From Phoronis australis (lineage: Eukaryota; Animalia; Phoronida): a DNA stretch of 64,000 nucleotides. This document shows, piece after piece, positions 26,801 through 39,952 of the stretch. The notes under the pieces are model-generated. The model saw nothing but the letters and a program-made list of their open reading frames with translations. It searched no databases and was not told the origin of the DNA. The stretch covers positions 1,711,762 to 1,775,761 of the forward strand of contig NMRA01000023.1 in assembly GCA_002633005.1 (NCBI GenBank), written 5' to 3'. Position 1 is the first letter of the stretch. Each line of letters starts with the position of its first letter. Position numbers and translations under genes: made by a program.

Positions 26801-26810
26801 TGACGTCCAT
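17353..26810 (-). CDS. SFRP: Secreted frizzled-related protein (sFRP1/2/5 type), 354 aa. Exons: 26810-26300, 21505-21425, 17825-17353
   Basis: Signal peptide, 10-Cys frizzled CRD (CVDIPSNLTLC, MRLPNLL, LFLCSLFSPIC, FPWPEMLKCDKFP), 6-Cys netrin (NTR) domain, no transmembrane segment; two phase-1 introns. Confidence 0.95.
19371..19470. repeat. Short GC-rich tandem repeat, ~35-bp unit, 3 copies
   Basis: CGACCAAC(GC)ACA.GTGGAC-like core repeated. Confidence 0.7.
21425..21505 (-). CDS. SFRP: sFRP exon 2 (VQNECRACAEPDTYEGIIDNYCRADF)
   Basis: Inside ORF 21282..21674; ttgcag| and |gtaagt; CxxC...C.ADF start of NTR domain. Confidence 0.92.
26300..26810 (-). CDS. SFRP: sFRP exon 1 (signal peptide and CRD)
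   Basis: ORF 26271..26810; donor |gtacgt at 26299. Confidence 0.95.
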
Positions 26811-26899
26811 TCTAGCTACTTATTTTGCCCTGCCTTGCTCGAACTAAAATTTGGTGGCCCGCGAACTGCTGCCGAACAGGTGTACACGGTCGACGTTGG

Positions 26900-26965
26900 T
26901 TGACTATTTAAACGGAGTAGCGGGTGAAAGCGTTTATAAGCCAAGACGGAGTTGTCAATCAAAGG
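26900..26965 (-). promoter_or_regulatory. Candidate sFRP core promoter: TATAAA (26933-26938) with an adjacent TCF/LEF-type site CCTTTGAT (26958-26965)
   Basis: Motifs lie 120-155 nt upstream of the ATG on the coding strand; initiator-like TAGTC about 30 nt downstream of the TATA. Confidence 0.5.
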
Positions 26966-27360
26966 TGGTTAAGTGTTTCTCTCCATCCGATGATTACACT
27001 AGCCTGTCATCCCGGCTCGCGTTACGAACGCTACTACTTGCGGGGAGCATAGCTTCATGACACGTGATCGATCTGTCGCTGCCCTCGCGACTTCGCAGTT
27101 TCATATGTTAATGATAGTATTGACATAATTAATGTGGCGTTAATTGGTCACCCTTAGACGACACTGTCCGGTCGTCACGTCAACTACTGAGTACGCTAAT
27201 ACATCCTCGCCGTCTGAAATGTATTGAAAAGTGTCATATCCATTTCCACATCCCAAAAGCTGTTTGTAACCCCAATTCGTTCATTCAGTCTAACCGAAAC
27301 TGTTCTTTGCTTTACAGATGAGTACCATTCGGCTTATTCAAAATGAATGTTATTTGATCG

Positions 27361-27515
27361 CAGGGGCGGATCCAGGATTTTGAGTTGGGGGGGCCAGGGC
27401 AGATTATTAGCCAGGATTTTGCCCGACAGACATTCGCACCCCCGTACTGCCAAATGGAATCTGGGAGAATTTTAAGGGGGCCATGGCTCATTGGCTCCCT
27501 CTAAATCCGCCACTG
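27361..27515. mobile_element. Small MITE with CAGGGGCGGAT...ATCCGCCACTG ends (hAT-like)
   Basis: Terminal inverted repeats visible; decayed relative at ~21232-21373. Confidence 0.6.
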
Positions 27516-28756
27516 GGTCGTATAGTGGCAAAAATATGCCCGTTAGGTCTCTTTCGTAATGGGCATCCATTATTTCCCTACGACTTCCCAGGCGACTTTT
27601 TTAAAACTATAAATTTCATTTCCAATAAATATTTGAAAAAGTTTTAACTCCAGCTTAAGGTCCATAAAGTTATTTGGTAGTCATAAAACTCGGCGTTATC
27701 AATTGTCGAAGATCAATTTACTTATTCAAAGCTGTTTTTAATTGGGACCCTAACCTATACAAATTTACTCCCGGGGAATTCACTTCCGAATTGTTGTCTG
27801 GGAGCCCAGGAAACAACCCAGGATTTACAGACACGAAGGTTCCCAGGCAAGAACAGTTTGTCCTGGCAGGACGACGCTTAACCTCTGCACAAGGTTTCTT
27901 AGGCTTAAATGTTGTGCAACGTGTTAAAAGGCATACGGGGAAATTGGTTTTGACTATAGACTTAAATGAGTCAGAATGGCTACCGACTTTCAAGATAAAT
28001 ATTTGATAAAGAAATGAATCACTCATTCACAAAGGCAAGAGACAAATCATACCGGTCAACGCAGTAGTCAAGGAAATTTGGAAAAACAGCCGCTTGATTT
28101 TAATCAAAAACCTTTGTCATTTCATTTGTTCAATTTCATTACGCGAGTTTCAACAAAAATCTTTTTACTCAAATCTTCTCAATCGATGTGTTTGACACCG
28201 TTTTTTAACAAATTATAGAGACTCACCTTTTTATATTTCTTGTGGTGCGCACCGTAAATGGCCGTCCAAGATGAATTCAGTGGTAGGTAAGCGACGTAAA
28301 AACAAAAGTAATGTCTTGATGTGCTATGTTTTTTTTATTAGGAATACATTCATTGTTCTTAAATGATGAAAACGAAGGAAAAAGGGCATTTTTAGAATCG
28401 ATGGCCAGTGGCTAGACTGTTTGTAAATAATGCTAAAAAATTTATGATCGACGTCACGTCGAAGCAAATGTCCAGCAAGTTTCTTACGAGAAAAGCAAAA
28501 TAACGCAAATTTTCGAGAGATGTGCGTTTCCTTGGAAGTACACTGTGATCACACTAGCCTTTGCTCACTGGTGTCTTGGATTGAGGATAGGGGTCTCTGA
28601 TATCAAAGTGACGAGTTGTGATAATATTCATCAGATAAATTTTCACAACGTGCGTATTAGTAGATCGCTAGAAACTCATCATCTACGTGTTGATTCGTAA
28701 CAAAATAAAAAACGATCGAGCGGTAATGGAATTAAAAGTTGTACTTTCCATTTACT

Positions 28757-29445
28757 GTGCGAGCCAACACTAGCGTGTAGGCTACTATACACCAAGTGTA
28801 TGCCAACATGTACTAGCGTGTACTATACACCAAGTGTATGCCAACACTAGCGTGTACTATACACCAAGTGTATGCTAACACTAGCGTGTACTATACACAT
28901 GCAAGTGTAAGCCAACACTATTGTGTACTATACACCAAGTGTAAGCCAACACTAGCGTGTAGGCTACTATACACCGAGTGTATGCCTGAACATGTACTAG
29001 CGTGTACTATACACCAAGTGTAAGCCAACACTAGCGTGTAGGCTACTATACACCGAGTGTATGCCTGAACATGTACTAGCGTGTACTATACACCAAGTGT
29101 AAGCCAACACTATTGTGTACTATACACCAAGTGTAAGCCAACACTAGAGTGTACTATACACCAAGTGTAAGCCAACACAAGCGTGTACTATGCACCAAGT
29201 GTAAGCCAACACTAGAGTGTACTATACAACAAGTGTAAGCCAACACTAGAGTGTACTATACACCAAGTGTAAGCCAACAGTAGAGTGTATTATACACCAA
29301 GTGTAAGCCAACACTAGAGTGTACTATACACGTACGTACAAAGTGTAAGGCAAAACTGGAGTGCACTATACACGAAGTGTAAGGCAACACTAGAGTGTAC
29401 TGTGCACCAAGTGTAAGGCAACACTAGTGTGTACTATACACCAAG
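28757..29445. repeat. Minisatellite, 34-bp unit (CAAGTGTAAGCCAACACTAGAGTGTACTATACAC), ~19-20 copies
   Basis: Direct tandem array, period 34 read at 29101/29135. Confidence 0.95.
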
Positions 29446-29887
29446 AGTTAACTTATGGAACTTAAATGTTAGTTTTCGATAGAGGTGAAGTTCACGTGAA
29501 ATACGCACAAGATTGCTTGTCCTCGAGAGGTACACATTGGGGTCAAGGACCTTAGCGAAGTCAGTCAATATTTTCCTAGTTCAGACGCGGTTATGCACAG
29601 TCACGAAGGAAGACGTGTGAGACCGGTAACCCACAATATTGCAGAAAAAATAACTGTCAACCTAACAAACCTAGACATAGTGTCTTTGCTGTCTTCATTC
29701 TATATGTGCATATGGGCATAGTCAGTTTTGGAAGTAAATTTCTTGAAAAAGGCATTGTTTTTACAAGTACAACTTATTTTCGTTTAGAAATGGTCGCTGG
29801 CAAATTAGCTCAGTAGAAAACCTGCTAGCCTATTTCGCCTTCAATAGAAAATATATATTGAACTGACATCAGTGTATTACTGAATAT

Positions 29888-29944
29888 ATATGTATGTATG
29901 TATGTATGTATTTATGAATTTATGTATGTATGTATGTATTTATG

Positions 29945-29976
<32 letters not shown>

Positions 29977-30150
29977 CATGTATGTATGAATGTATGCATG
30001 TATGTATGAATGTATGCATGTATGTATGTATGTATGTATGTATATATGAATGTATGTATGTATGTATGTATGTATGTATGTATGTATTTATATATGAATG
30101 TATGCATGTATGTATGTATGTATGCATGTATGTATTTATGAATGTATGCA
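29888..30150. repeat. (ATGT)n microsatellite, imperfect
   Basis: Direct observation. Confidence 0.97.
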
Positions 30151-33100
30151 TAACTATAGTTTTCCCTTCGTCACGTATACCGACATAATCATGACAATTT
30201 CAATGGAGACATAATAAATGAGGGTAAAATGACAAATGTCACCGATACCTGATTCAAAATTTGATTTTCTAAGCTGAAAACGAATGCTCCCTCTTTCTAG
30301 TACATGGTGAACACAGCGCGGTTACAGGAGGATTAATCTTGTTGTCAACTAGGTTAACAAATTACTTGTATGGAAAAAACACCCCTCCATTCCGGATGTT
30401 AGTGACTAATGATGGGCCCCGCCCACTTCACCTGTGAAATTTACCAATGACAAACGACCTCACCTAAATTAGGCAATACCAACCTTCAGTAGGCGTTTGT
30501 GAAAACCGGTAATTATGTAATATATTTTTAAAAGTGTTTAAAGGGTTATCCTCGCTTTATCCGATCAACAGGTATCGACTACGGCTGGATTACTTAAATC
30601 CTTTGGGATGAAATCACCGAAACAGGGTTTAGTTTACCGAAATTTGTGAAAAATAACCGCCTGTGAGTTGTGACATTGAAAAAATATTTGTTTGTGCATT
30701 TCAGTTTCAAATTAGAAACATGGAAAGGACAGATTACACGCGGTGTGCACAGTGAACGCGCTACATGTGCACATCTCTACATGACCTCTGATGCTTGACC
30801 TTTGTCTATTACAATGCACATATGTTACATATGTTAGTTCTAAATGTTCGTTTTCCCTGTTTAAGTGGTGGTAGAAAGTACCGCGACCGGCGTCGTTTTT
30901 TAATTTTGCCAAAACTCATCGCATAGGATTGTTTGCTTATTTTCTACAACTGTTATAGTGCGGTCTCAGATTTTTCTCGACACAAACTCTAATCAACTTT
31001 AAACAAAACTAAACTTCCGTTTCCTATCAGCATGGTAGTTAGAAACTGATTGACTCACGTCTCATGTTTGTATTTGTGAAGAAAGCTTCAAGATTATGTT
31101 TCAATTAAATGTTGATTCTCTGTGCCTTAAAACTTTATAATTTACTGATGACGTATTTATAGAGGTAGAAATTACGCGAACAATTATTTTGGATCTCCGT
31201 TGCTATGGTTACCCAAGAGAAACCCCGTACTTTTGGTAAACATGCGTGCAAAAACATTGGAATTAATTCAACTCACACGCTTAGGGTGTGCAAGGTTCGT
31301 GCAGGAATCGGAAAATTTCAGTGTTTCAAATAAAATTCAATACGTCAAATACTTTTATATGTGAATCAGGCGCAGAACTTGTTTTCACATTGTTGATGGG
31401 GGTGAGATGGGTGGGGGTGGGGGGTTAGAACAAATTACTCCTACCGGGTAACATTTCGAGCAAAATGCTTATTTGTCGAGCACAATAATTATAGACTTAC
31501 ACATTCAACTGACTAAATGGGCAATTGATTAGATGTGCCACATCCATTACACCCCCGTAAGTTGCTCACCTGTTCTAAATACCAATTGGATTCATTTGTC
31601 TTGTCGTCTTATCATTCTGTAATTGTACAAGAACATCCGGCCCCGCCTCCTGGACAAACGAGACAAAATAATCAGCAAAATACAAAAGGGAAGGTGTCAA
31701 TTAATTTGTGTTCTTGACAGGAATAAACACAATGACCGCGTCTCACCACAGTCGTGGTCATTTTGCACTTGCTCGTCAAAATAATGCGTGCGGTCTTACC
31801 CCGAAGCTAATTTTAAAAGTGCTCCATCAGTTTGCGTACGGTTGAGATTTCGGTAAGGAGCGACACTGTCTAAATGTGTAAACGTCTTTCGAATCCCGAG
31901 TTTTGTGAGTAGAGTTGTTTTTTTATACATTATGCAAGGCCGAGGGAACCGGTGATCTTATTCCACAATATTTGTATGAGGAACAATAAAGTAATGGAAT
32001 TTTCAGTTACAACACCATAAGCCTGGCGCACCACTCAGGGTTTCCAAACAAATCTTGTCTTTTGAACCGCTATGAGGACACTGAAATTTCCAACAAAATG
32101 AAAACTGTATTGGTTAACTTTGGCTTGACGTTTTTGATGAGTTGTTTGTCAACCCGTTTGTTGCAATTGATTCATTAAGTGTAAAACAAACCCATTTTCC
32201 TTAAATTTTGGAATAACATGAGTATAAGTTTTGTGTATGATTTTAATCTTAAAATGAGTAACGACGAAAATTTTCTAGAATTTGGTGAGTTTAACAGATG
32301 TTTTAGATCCATGAAAATAACTTTTTAAGGAATTGGGAAAGTAATACATTCAACCTGGGACAGCGTAACAAATCCAACACTAACACGATATCGCTTTTCC
32401 CGGTTGTGTTGCAACGATTACTGGACAAGTAAAATGGCTGTAGATCAACGTACGGCTCATATGTTCAACATATGTAGTTTAAACTAAAATCACAAATTCA
32501 GTGGGCGTCTGATTTCGAAAATGCTATATGTTTGACAGTTGTGTATTCAAATGATATTTTTCTCAAGACTAAAGTGGTTCAATTACATAATGGTTCTTAG
32601 AACTCTCAGTACAAAATATTATTTAGAAAAAATAGGAATGTCAAAGTGCCATGCATGTATTTTTTGAAGAAGTTCCAGAATTAAAAAAATATACATATCA
32701 AACATTTTTTAATGGGAATATGTCATAAGCTTCTGAGAGAGCGACTGTAAATGTTGTTGTCTTGACAACGAAAAAATGTGAAATTATACGATTCTTTTCG
32801 AATTGATGAGCAACTTTCGATTACTAACCTAGTTTTAATTTTGATTCGTATTTATCTACAACGGTTAGACGAGATTGTATCATCTTTCAGTGTATTTAAA
32901 ATGAAATTTTAAGAATTATCATAAAGAAGAAAAGTATAATTTCTTGAAGAAAGGACAAACTGCTAAACTTCGAAAACGTGAAATACAAGTGGTATAAATG
33001 TATTCGAAATCTGTTTGTCATGGTGTGTTCCACACGAATTTCTCATTGTCTTAGCAGCCATCCATGAGTGAGTGTGTGGATGAATAGAAACTTATAAAAC

Positions 33101-36100
33101 GTAAATCAGATTTCGTTTTGTTTATAACAAATGCTTAAAAAAAACTTAGACGAAGCCAAAGAGACTTTTTTGTTTTGAAAAAATCGATGTTATATGAAGA
33201 GCATAGCTTGGAAATATGTTGCGTTTAACTTTTTTGATTTCATTACGATTCAACAGATTTTATCATGAGTTTTGATGAAAATAAAGCGGAAAAACTATTT
33301 TCAGATTGCTTAATGCCCAACCCTTTCTTCGACATAATCGTTTTCCAGCATTTTTATAAAAGGTTAATCACGAGAAATATAATGAACAGTTATTGGAGTT
33401 AAGCCCAGAAAGAGGAAAAAACATTTAGTAACCTTATCTGACCAAGACAAACGTTTAAAAATTCAGGTAGCACACTAGATGCTCGCAAGTTGCACAAATA
33501 GGAGAGACTTGCATCATGTTTCATGCCGTTTTCAGTGGACGAGGCGTTGATTACTTTGTTCTGTTTAGCCAACACAGATCATTAATACACCATTCAATTC
33601 GCGTTAGGTGTCACGCATCGGTTTAATCTTTTCAACAGTAATCGCGTCGTAAGCACTCTTCAGATCTTGTTAAGACATCAAGTGGGTATGGTCTTACAAA
33701 GTTTGAGCTCGTCTGTTTGACATGTTAAAACGCCAAAAGAAATTTCCCAACAAAAGAAAACAGCTAGGCGTAAGGCTTCAGACAGATCTGCGTTTGTGAA
33801 CTCGCACCCGACGTGAATAGAATACATGATTTAGTCCAAATTGTGTACACCACACGTGACAGTTTAAACAAACGACCACAATAAATTTGCGTCAAGTGAA
33901 TTCAATGCAGGGAAAAACTAGCCAATTTCAGTTAACCATTAGCGAAATGAGTATTGAATTTTAAAATGATGTCGTGCGGCGGACGAGACCACCTCGGATG
34001 CTTTAATGAGTTGGCATTTGAAGAACTGTAATTTTCTCGAAATTAAAGAACCTCGCACACGAAAAATAGCGTTTTTCAGGGAATCCCGCAACGTATCAGA
34101 TTGGCTTAGAAATACTCATTAGCTGGGACTCTGTAGGCCTATAGGGTCCATCCGATGCGACAAAAAACCTCATCCATTGCAATTGTAACCATTCACTCAG
34201 TAGATAGACATTCAAAGAAAAGTTTTGAGCGTCTCCTGATCTGCCAATTTCTAGAAGGAAAATGCCCTTTTGAATGCTAGTATTCTAATTTTAATGACAC
34301 CACACAGTGGTTGGTTCGTGAAACACAAGTTAATCGCACCATTACATAACACCATTTTTACCAGGAAACCATCGCCTTGTAAATGACTGATCTTGATATA
34401 TTGCATTTTGTTAATAAAAAGAGAACGAATACATTCTATGTAGACAGTCACAATCGCAGTCCTGTTAACGAAATAACTGTGGGACCTAAGGTAAGACCAC
34501 GGGGTCTGTTTAGTCTGCTCATCTACGAATTATGACCTGACGAGAATTTTACAACTGGAACGGAAATTTCACCAACCTATTTCGTGAGAAATGGTTTGCG
34601 TTTCATTTATCGCCTTCACAGAGTGTGGTTTCTTCTTGGTTAATTTTCGTAAAACGGGGCACCGTCAATTATAATAGAAGTCGGCGACTCGTACTTTTAC
34701 GGAGAGAAGCCGCTAATAACTGAGGAGATAAAGTACACATTTTTGCAGGGACTGAGGTAACATGCGGTTTAAACAAAATTCCATTTTCGCTGAACTAGCA
34801 ACCCCCTGTTGCTCAGCCCGTTCCTATCAACTGCCTCAGCGGTGTAGCATATCGTCTCAGTTGTGCAAATACCTTGTTAACGCGATTAGCGCACGTTTGT
34901 TGGTTTCAGACTAAATAACATTAACTAACTTTAAATTGGAATCAAATTTTCCTAAATTGCAACATTGTGTCCTGTCGAATTACAGAGAAGAAAGTGGTTC
35001 TCACATTTTGGGTAACACTCGGCGAAAGGAGCAAAATTTTGTAAATAAACACATGACAAAATTCTCAAAACAAGCCTCACTAATGATTTATACAAAACTG
35101 CGGACATCAATCCAGCCAGATCACAGGTCTAAAAGGAGAATAGTCGGAACGTTATTAAGGATGTACGCAGTTAATATTATCCAGACAAAAGTCTTTTAAG
35201 AGTATAACACAGTTAATGCTGAGTTTGGAAGCGCTTTCTAATAAAATCACAAAAAACAATATATCTCGTCTAAGCCGATAACTTCAAGAAGACTATGTTA
35301 TCCAACAGTAACCCCGAAAAATGTATTTTTCAATCCTAAAACCGATTGCGTCCCTTCAAAGTGAATAAGAATATGTGAGAGAAAACTTGAGAACGCTAGT
35401 TGCCGTTCAACCGAAAATCGTCGTTGGCTCAGTACGAGTTGTGAAGTAGGCCCAGACTGATTTCAATGAAAAGAACACCAAATTCGACAAACTTCCACAT
35501 CCACCAGTCGAACTGTATGTCGTAATCGAAATGGCGTTACGTGGTCTCTGTTTACACCGGCCCCACTTCTAAATGTACGCCACAGCATAGAATGGTCCCC
35601 GACTATGCTGCCTCCTCTCGGCGTGATATGCCAGAGCCTACCTAGAAAAGTCCCGCTTTTATCTGTGGGCCAGGGATAGAAAAAACACGGTCGTGCCTTC
35701 AATACCGTCGTAACCTCGGAACCAGTCGTAACTAAGTTCCATTTTTGAACACTTCATGCTCCCGAAGAATCAGAAGTTCCCGTACCCCAAAATAGCAGAT
35801 ACGATAAATGGTCGACAGATGGTTTGTGCTATTATAAACAGAAAATCTATCCTTCCTCTCTCACGAACAGCACAGGCTCACAACAAACGTTTCGCATTTC
35901 TCATGAGCACAATGAAAATTTTCTTACTAGCTACTTTCTTTCTCGGTGGTCGAGGTGGGGTGCGGGGTCGGTTAGGTCCGATCAACTGCTCACGGAGGCA
36001 GTTCAAGTCCGTCTTAGACGGCGTCATCCTGGACAATTTGTTTTTAACAAGGTCCACTCAAGGAATCGCAACAATAACGGCCAAGGGAGAGGCCGGGGGT

Positions 36101-36782
36101 GCAGCGATCAACTATAAGTTCCGATAACCACATTTTCGAACTACCTCCCGCAATACTTCACTGGTGACGGACACGCACTGCCACAGCTCTTTGACACATT
36201 TCTTTTCTTATGAACCACATAATTATATTTTTCGTTGCATTTTCTTGCATTAATTCTTTAATTGCCACAGGAGACACTGCGGTCGAGACAAAAGGAATGT
36301 GCCCGTACAAAACAATTACAATACACGAGACACGAACTGCATTTACTTTCATGAGGAAAAAAAAACGCTGCTAACAGAGAACGTCCGTGTGGTCCGAGAG
36401 GGAGCTTAATTGAGTTCCTTCATAAAGACCAATGTATTCAGTTTGAGTACCAGCTCCGCTTCAGGGAGTGAAATATTTGGATCACTGGCTGGCACTGTCC
36501 AAGACATCACACAATTTCTACCTACACGGATAAAAAATCTCCACTTTCTCCATGGCACTAGTAGAACACTTATAGGCCCCATGGTCGTCACAAACATACT
36601 GGAAGTTGCACGTGGTTAGGGAAGACCATCTCCCGTGATTACGGTGTATACAATTAATGGACCACCTAAAACTGTTGAGCTAAATTTGAAATGTCATGTT
36701 CGCAAACCTTAGAAAGCGGCTATCAAACCCGACGCGTTCCGCCACAAAAACACAAAAATTATTTCTTGATTTGACCACTTAG

Positions 36783-37983
36783 TAGGCCTACCGGTAACAA
36801 GTTTGTCTCAACTTGTTCCAAAGTCACAATGTGAATGCGATTCATGTACCGGACATCACCGGCAATTCATAATTGCTCGAGATCAAGCTCCATGTTGAAT
36901 TTTCACGATGTCATTTTATTCACCGAATATAGTCTCGAGGAATATCGAGCTGATCAAGAAGAGCAACGCTAAATTTTCTTTTTATGTGGCCCACAGTTCA
37001 CCGCAAACGGTATAGTTCTAGGGATACTCATCAATCATGCAAGGATCAAGGACACAACAATTTGATCACATCCAGAAATGCTGGTCCCCGAATGCATTGA
37101 AAAAGCCCTTTGTCCAGACCAAAATGGACAGTAGGGGCTGCTGCAGTGGTTGAATCTGCCCAGAAATTGACAAGTGTCGGCAAATTTTCGTCAAATACCA
37201 CTTCGACGAATTTAATTGAATTCCGTTCAAGGGTCCTCCAGATATCATTTGGAGGACTTTACCACAGAATAATGAAAATCTCCACCAAGCCCAAGGGGGG
37301 ACGGGGGGGGGGGGNATTGTCTGGGCAATACCTTATTAAGTATTCAATTTAAGTCCTTTTTTCGAAGCTCATTTATTTGAGAAAAGCTCATTTCAAATGA
37401 GAAGGTGTTTAGGCCTACCGGTAACAAGTTTGTCTCAACTTGTTCCAAAGTCACAATGTGAGTGCGATTCATGTACCGGACATCACCGGCAATTCATAAT
37501 TGCTCGAGATCAAGCTCCATGTTGAATTTTCACGATGTCATTTTATTCACCGAATATAGTCTCGAGGAATATCGAGCTGACCAAGAAGAGCAACGCTAAA
37601 TTTTCTTTTTATGTGGCCCACAGTTCACCGCAAACGGTATAGTTCTAGGGATACTCATCAATTTCATGCAAGGATCAAGGACACAACAATTTGATCACAT
37701 CCACAAATGCTGGTCCCCGAATGCATTGAAAAAGCCCTTTGTCCAGACCAAAATGGACAGTAGGGGCTGCTGCAGTGGTTGAATCTGCCCAGAAATTGAC
37801 AAGTGTCGGCAAATTTTCGTCAAATACCACTTCGATGAATTTAATTGAATTCCGTTCAAGGGTCCTCCAGATATCATTTGGAGGACTTTACCACAGAATA
37901 CTGAAAATCTCCACCAAGCCCAAGGGGGGACGGGGGNNNNNNNNNNNNNNNNNNNNNNNNNNNNNNNNNNNNNNNNNNNNNNN
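36783..37983. repeat. Near-identical ~530-bp tandem duplication (36783-37314 vs 37410-37936); each copy ends in a G-run and N gap
   Basis: N at 37315 and N-run 37937-37983; probably an assembly or haplotype artefact. Confidence 0.85.
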
Positions 37984-39072
37984 NGGGGGGGGGGGGTAAA
38001 TTTCACCAAGTTCAAGTTCCGACCAGTAGTTCTTGAGAGAGTGGACACGAGGTGGTCCAGACAAGATGACAATATGTCACCACAAATGTGTGTAGAGGCA
38101 TCAACATCACTTTTCAAACCAAAATAGGAAAAACTATAGACCAATTTTTTAGCAGTAAGTGGTCTAAATCAAAATTCAGTTTCTTCAACAGATCGCGGGT
38201 TTATTGCCGCTTTAATATTTGAGATTATGTTCTTCAAAGAACTTGAACTGGTTTGGTATGATACTGTACAATTCTTTATTTACAGTTGGACATGTGGCCC
38301 AAAATGAGGTGTGGTCTTAATAAGAACAAGACAAACACACAAAATCAAAATATATTTGAAGCTCTACCCCCCCTCAGTGTGTACCACCCAACAGTATTGA
38401 TTATAGTCAGCTGTAATTGTTGCCTGTAATAAAAACGGTGAAATTCCACCATCTATTTTCCTTCCTATAGCCTCAAGGAGATAAGCACCACCTTTTGTAT
38501 AAAAGACTAACTAATGCTATTGCAGAACAAGCCAGCACTGATGAAATATAGCCCACCTCCATACTATAAATGAACTTGCACAAATAAACAACAAGCAAGA
38601 GATTCAACAAAGCTTTAACAATACTCATCAAAATCTGAGGTAGCCTATACATACAAAGGAGATGAAATATGACATGGATAAACTCATGGCATCCAATGGT
38701 CGATTGAAACCTTTCACACCAATGAACCTGTTCTATCCACTAGCTCCCCCTGTTATTGTCTTTGATGTTGATAAAGTGAAGAACTATAAGGAATACATTC
38801 ATTTGTTTATCTAACTTTCTACCATAAAGAGTTGCAGTCCATGTTACAGCATCAATATTTTGTTAGCATTGGAAGGCTGAAGAGTGATGCAGCCGAGAAA
38901 AATGAGCAAAGAATATGATGACAACAAACAACACGCCGAACTACATTGGCGCGAAAATTGTGAGGCTACAAAAATGATCGAAAGATATTGCAGCATTGTA
39001 GGTAAATACCGCAAGATTCAAGTGTCGCTGCATAATTCCAAACGGCTCCGTTAACAAGAGCAGCTAATGGTA

Positions 39073-39206
39073 AGGACCCAAGTAGCATAGTGACGTGCTG
39101 TGTGACTTAGAAACACACACTAGATTAGATATTCCAGGACCCAAGTAGCATAGTGACGTACTGTGTGACTTAGAAACACACACTAGATTAGATATTCCAG
39201 GACCCA
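39073..39206. repeat. 63-bp tandem duplication downstream of the UMPS stop
   Basis: AGGACCCAAGTAGCATAGTGACGT...AGATATTCC twice. Confidence 0.9.
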
Positions 39207-39758
39207 CTTCCCACAACCAATTAAATCTACCCTACCACAAACAAGGACGTCCAACCCTAGCCTTCTTCAGCTGTAAGTCAAGAGCCAGACGCACACAAAT
39301 GCCTGATGCACACACAAGACTAGCCATGACTTAGACAATAGACTGGAATTCCAGCTTACCAAGCGTGTTGCTCATATCTGCCCCTGACAAAAAGTGAGGA
39401 TTTTTCTTCATGAGGTACTGAGGTGAATATTCCAACCTGTTCTAAATTTTTTACCTCATCAACTCAACAGTGTGTGGACGAAGTGAGCTTAGTACTTAAC
39501 GATTAATTTAGCTGGCCAATAAAAATGACCAATTAGACAATTAACTCATGTGACACCATAAAAAAAACTCCCAGTACAAGAACAGGGAACCTGCCACGGA
39601 AAATTTTATCCATGCAACATTCAATTCAATGATTTAATTTCAATGCAAATTTTAAGGGTAACAGTATCCAACTGTGTGCTGAGCAAACTGGCATTTGAGT
39701 CAGTTGGCTAGGCTCATATTTCTTGACTGCACCTGGCTTAAGACTGTCACACTCCTGA

Positions 39759-39952
39759 CTACAATTCATTAAAACACTCAAGATAAGCCTTGTAGCCAGC
39801 ATCTTTGTACTCCTGAGCTACTTGACCCGGGTTAGCAGCGGTCGTGACCCCACGACCCACAATGATGACATCACTTCCTTTCCTTGTAACCACTTCCTGA
39901 GGGGTCAAGTACTGCTGTCCCAGAGTGTCAACTCCTTCTTGTAACTTGACAC
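39759..39952 (-). CDS. UMPS: UMPS last coding exon ([15 protein letters not shown]...AYLECFNEL*)
   Basis: Inside ORF 39759..39983; cttag| acceptor. Confidence 0.96.

Noticed and set aside
29898-30188. ORFs reading MYVCMYVC / HTYIHTYI, and the DELTHD-repeat ORF at 40478..40663
   Set aside because: Translations of a microsatellite and a minisatellite.
31900-33500. AT-rich stretch with short protein-like frames
   Set aside because: Frequent stops and no motif I can assign; left unannotated.
36783-37983. Duplicated ORF pairs 37066..37352 and 37695..38144 as a gene duplication
   Set aside because: No recognisable protein; near-identical copies ending at G-runs and N gaps indicate an assembly artefact. 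The same applies to 42305-43124 and to 61985-62131 vs 62134-62283.
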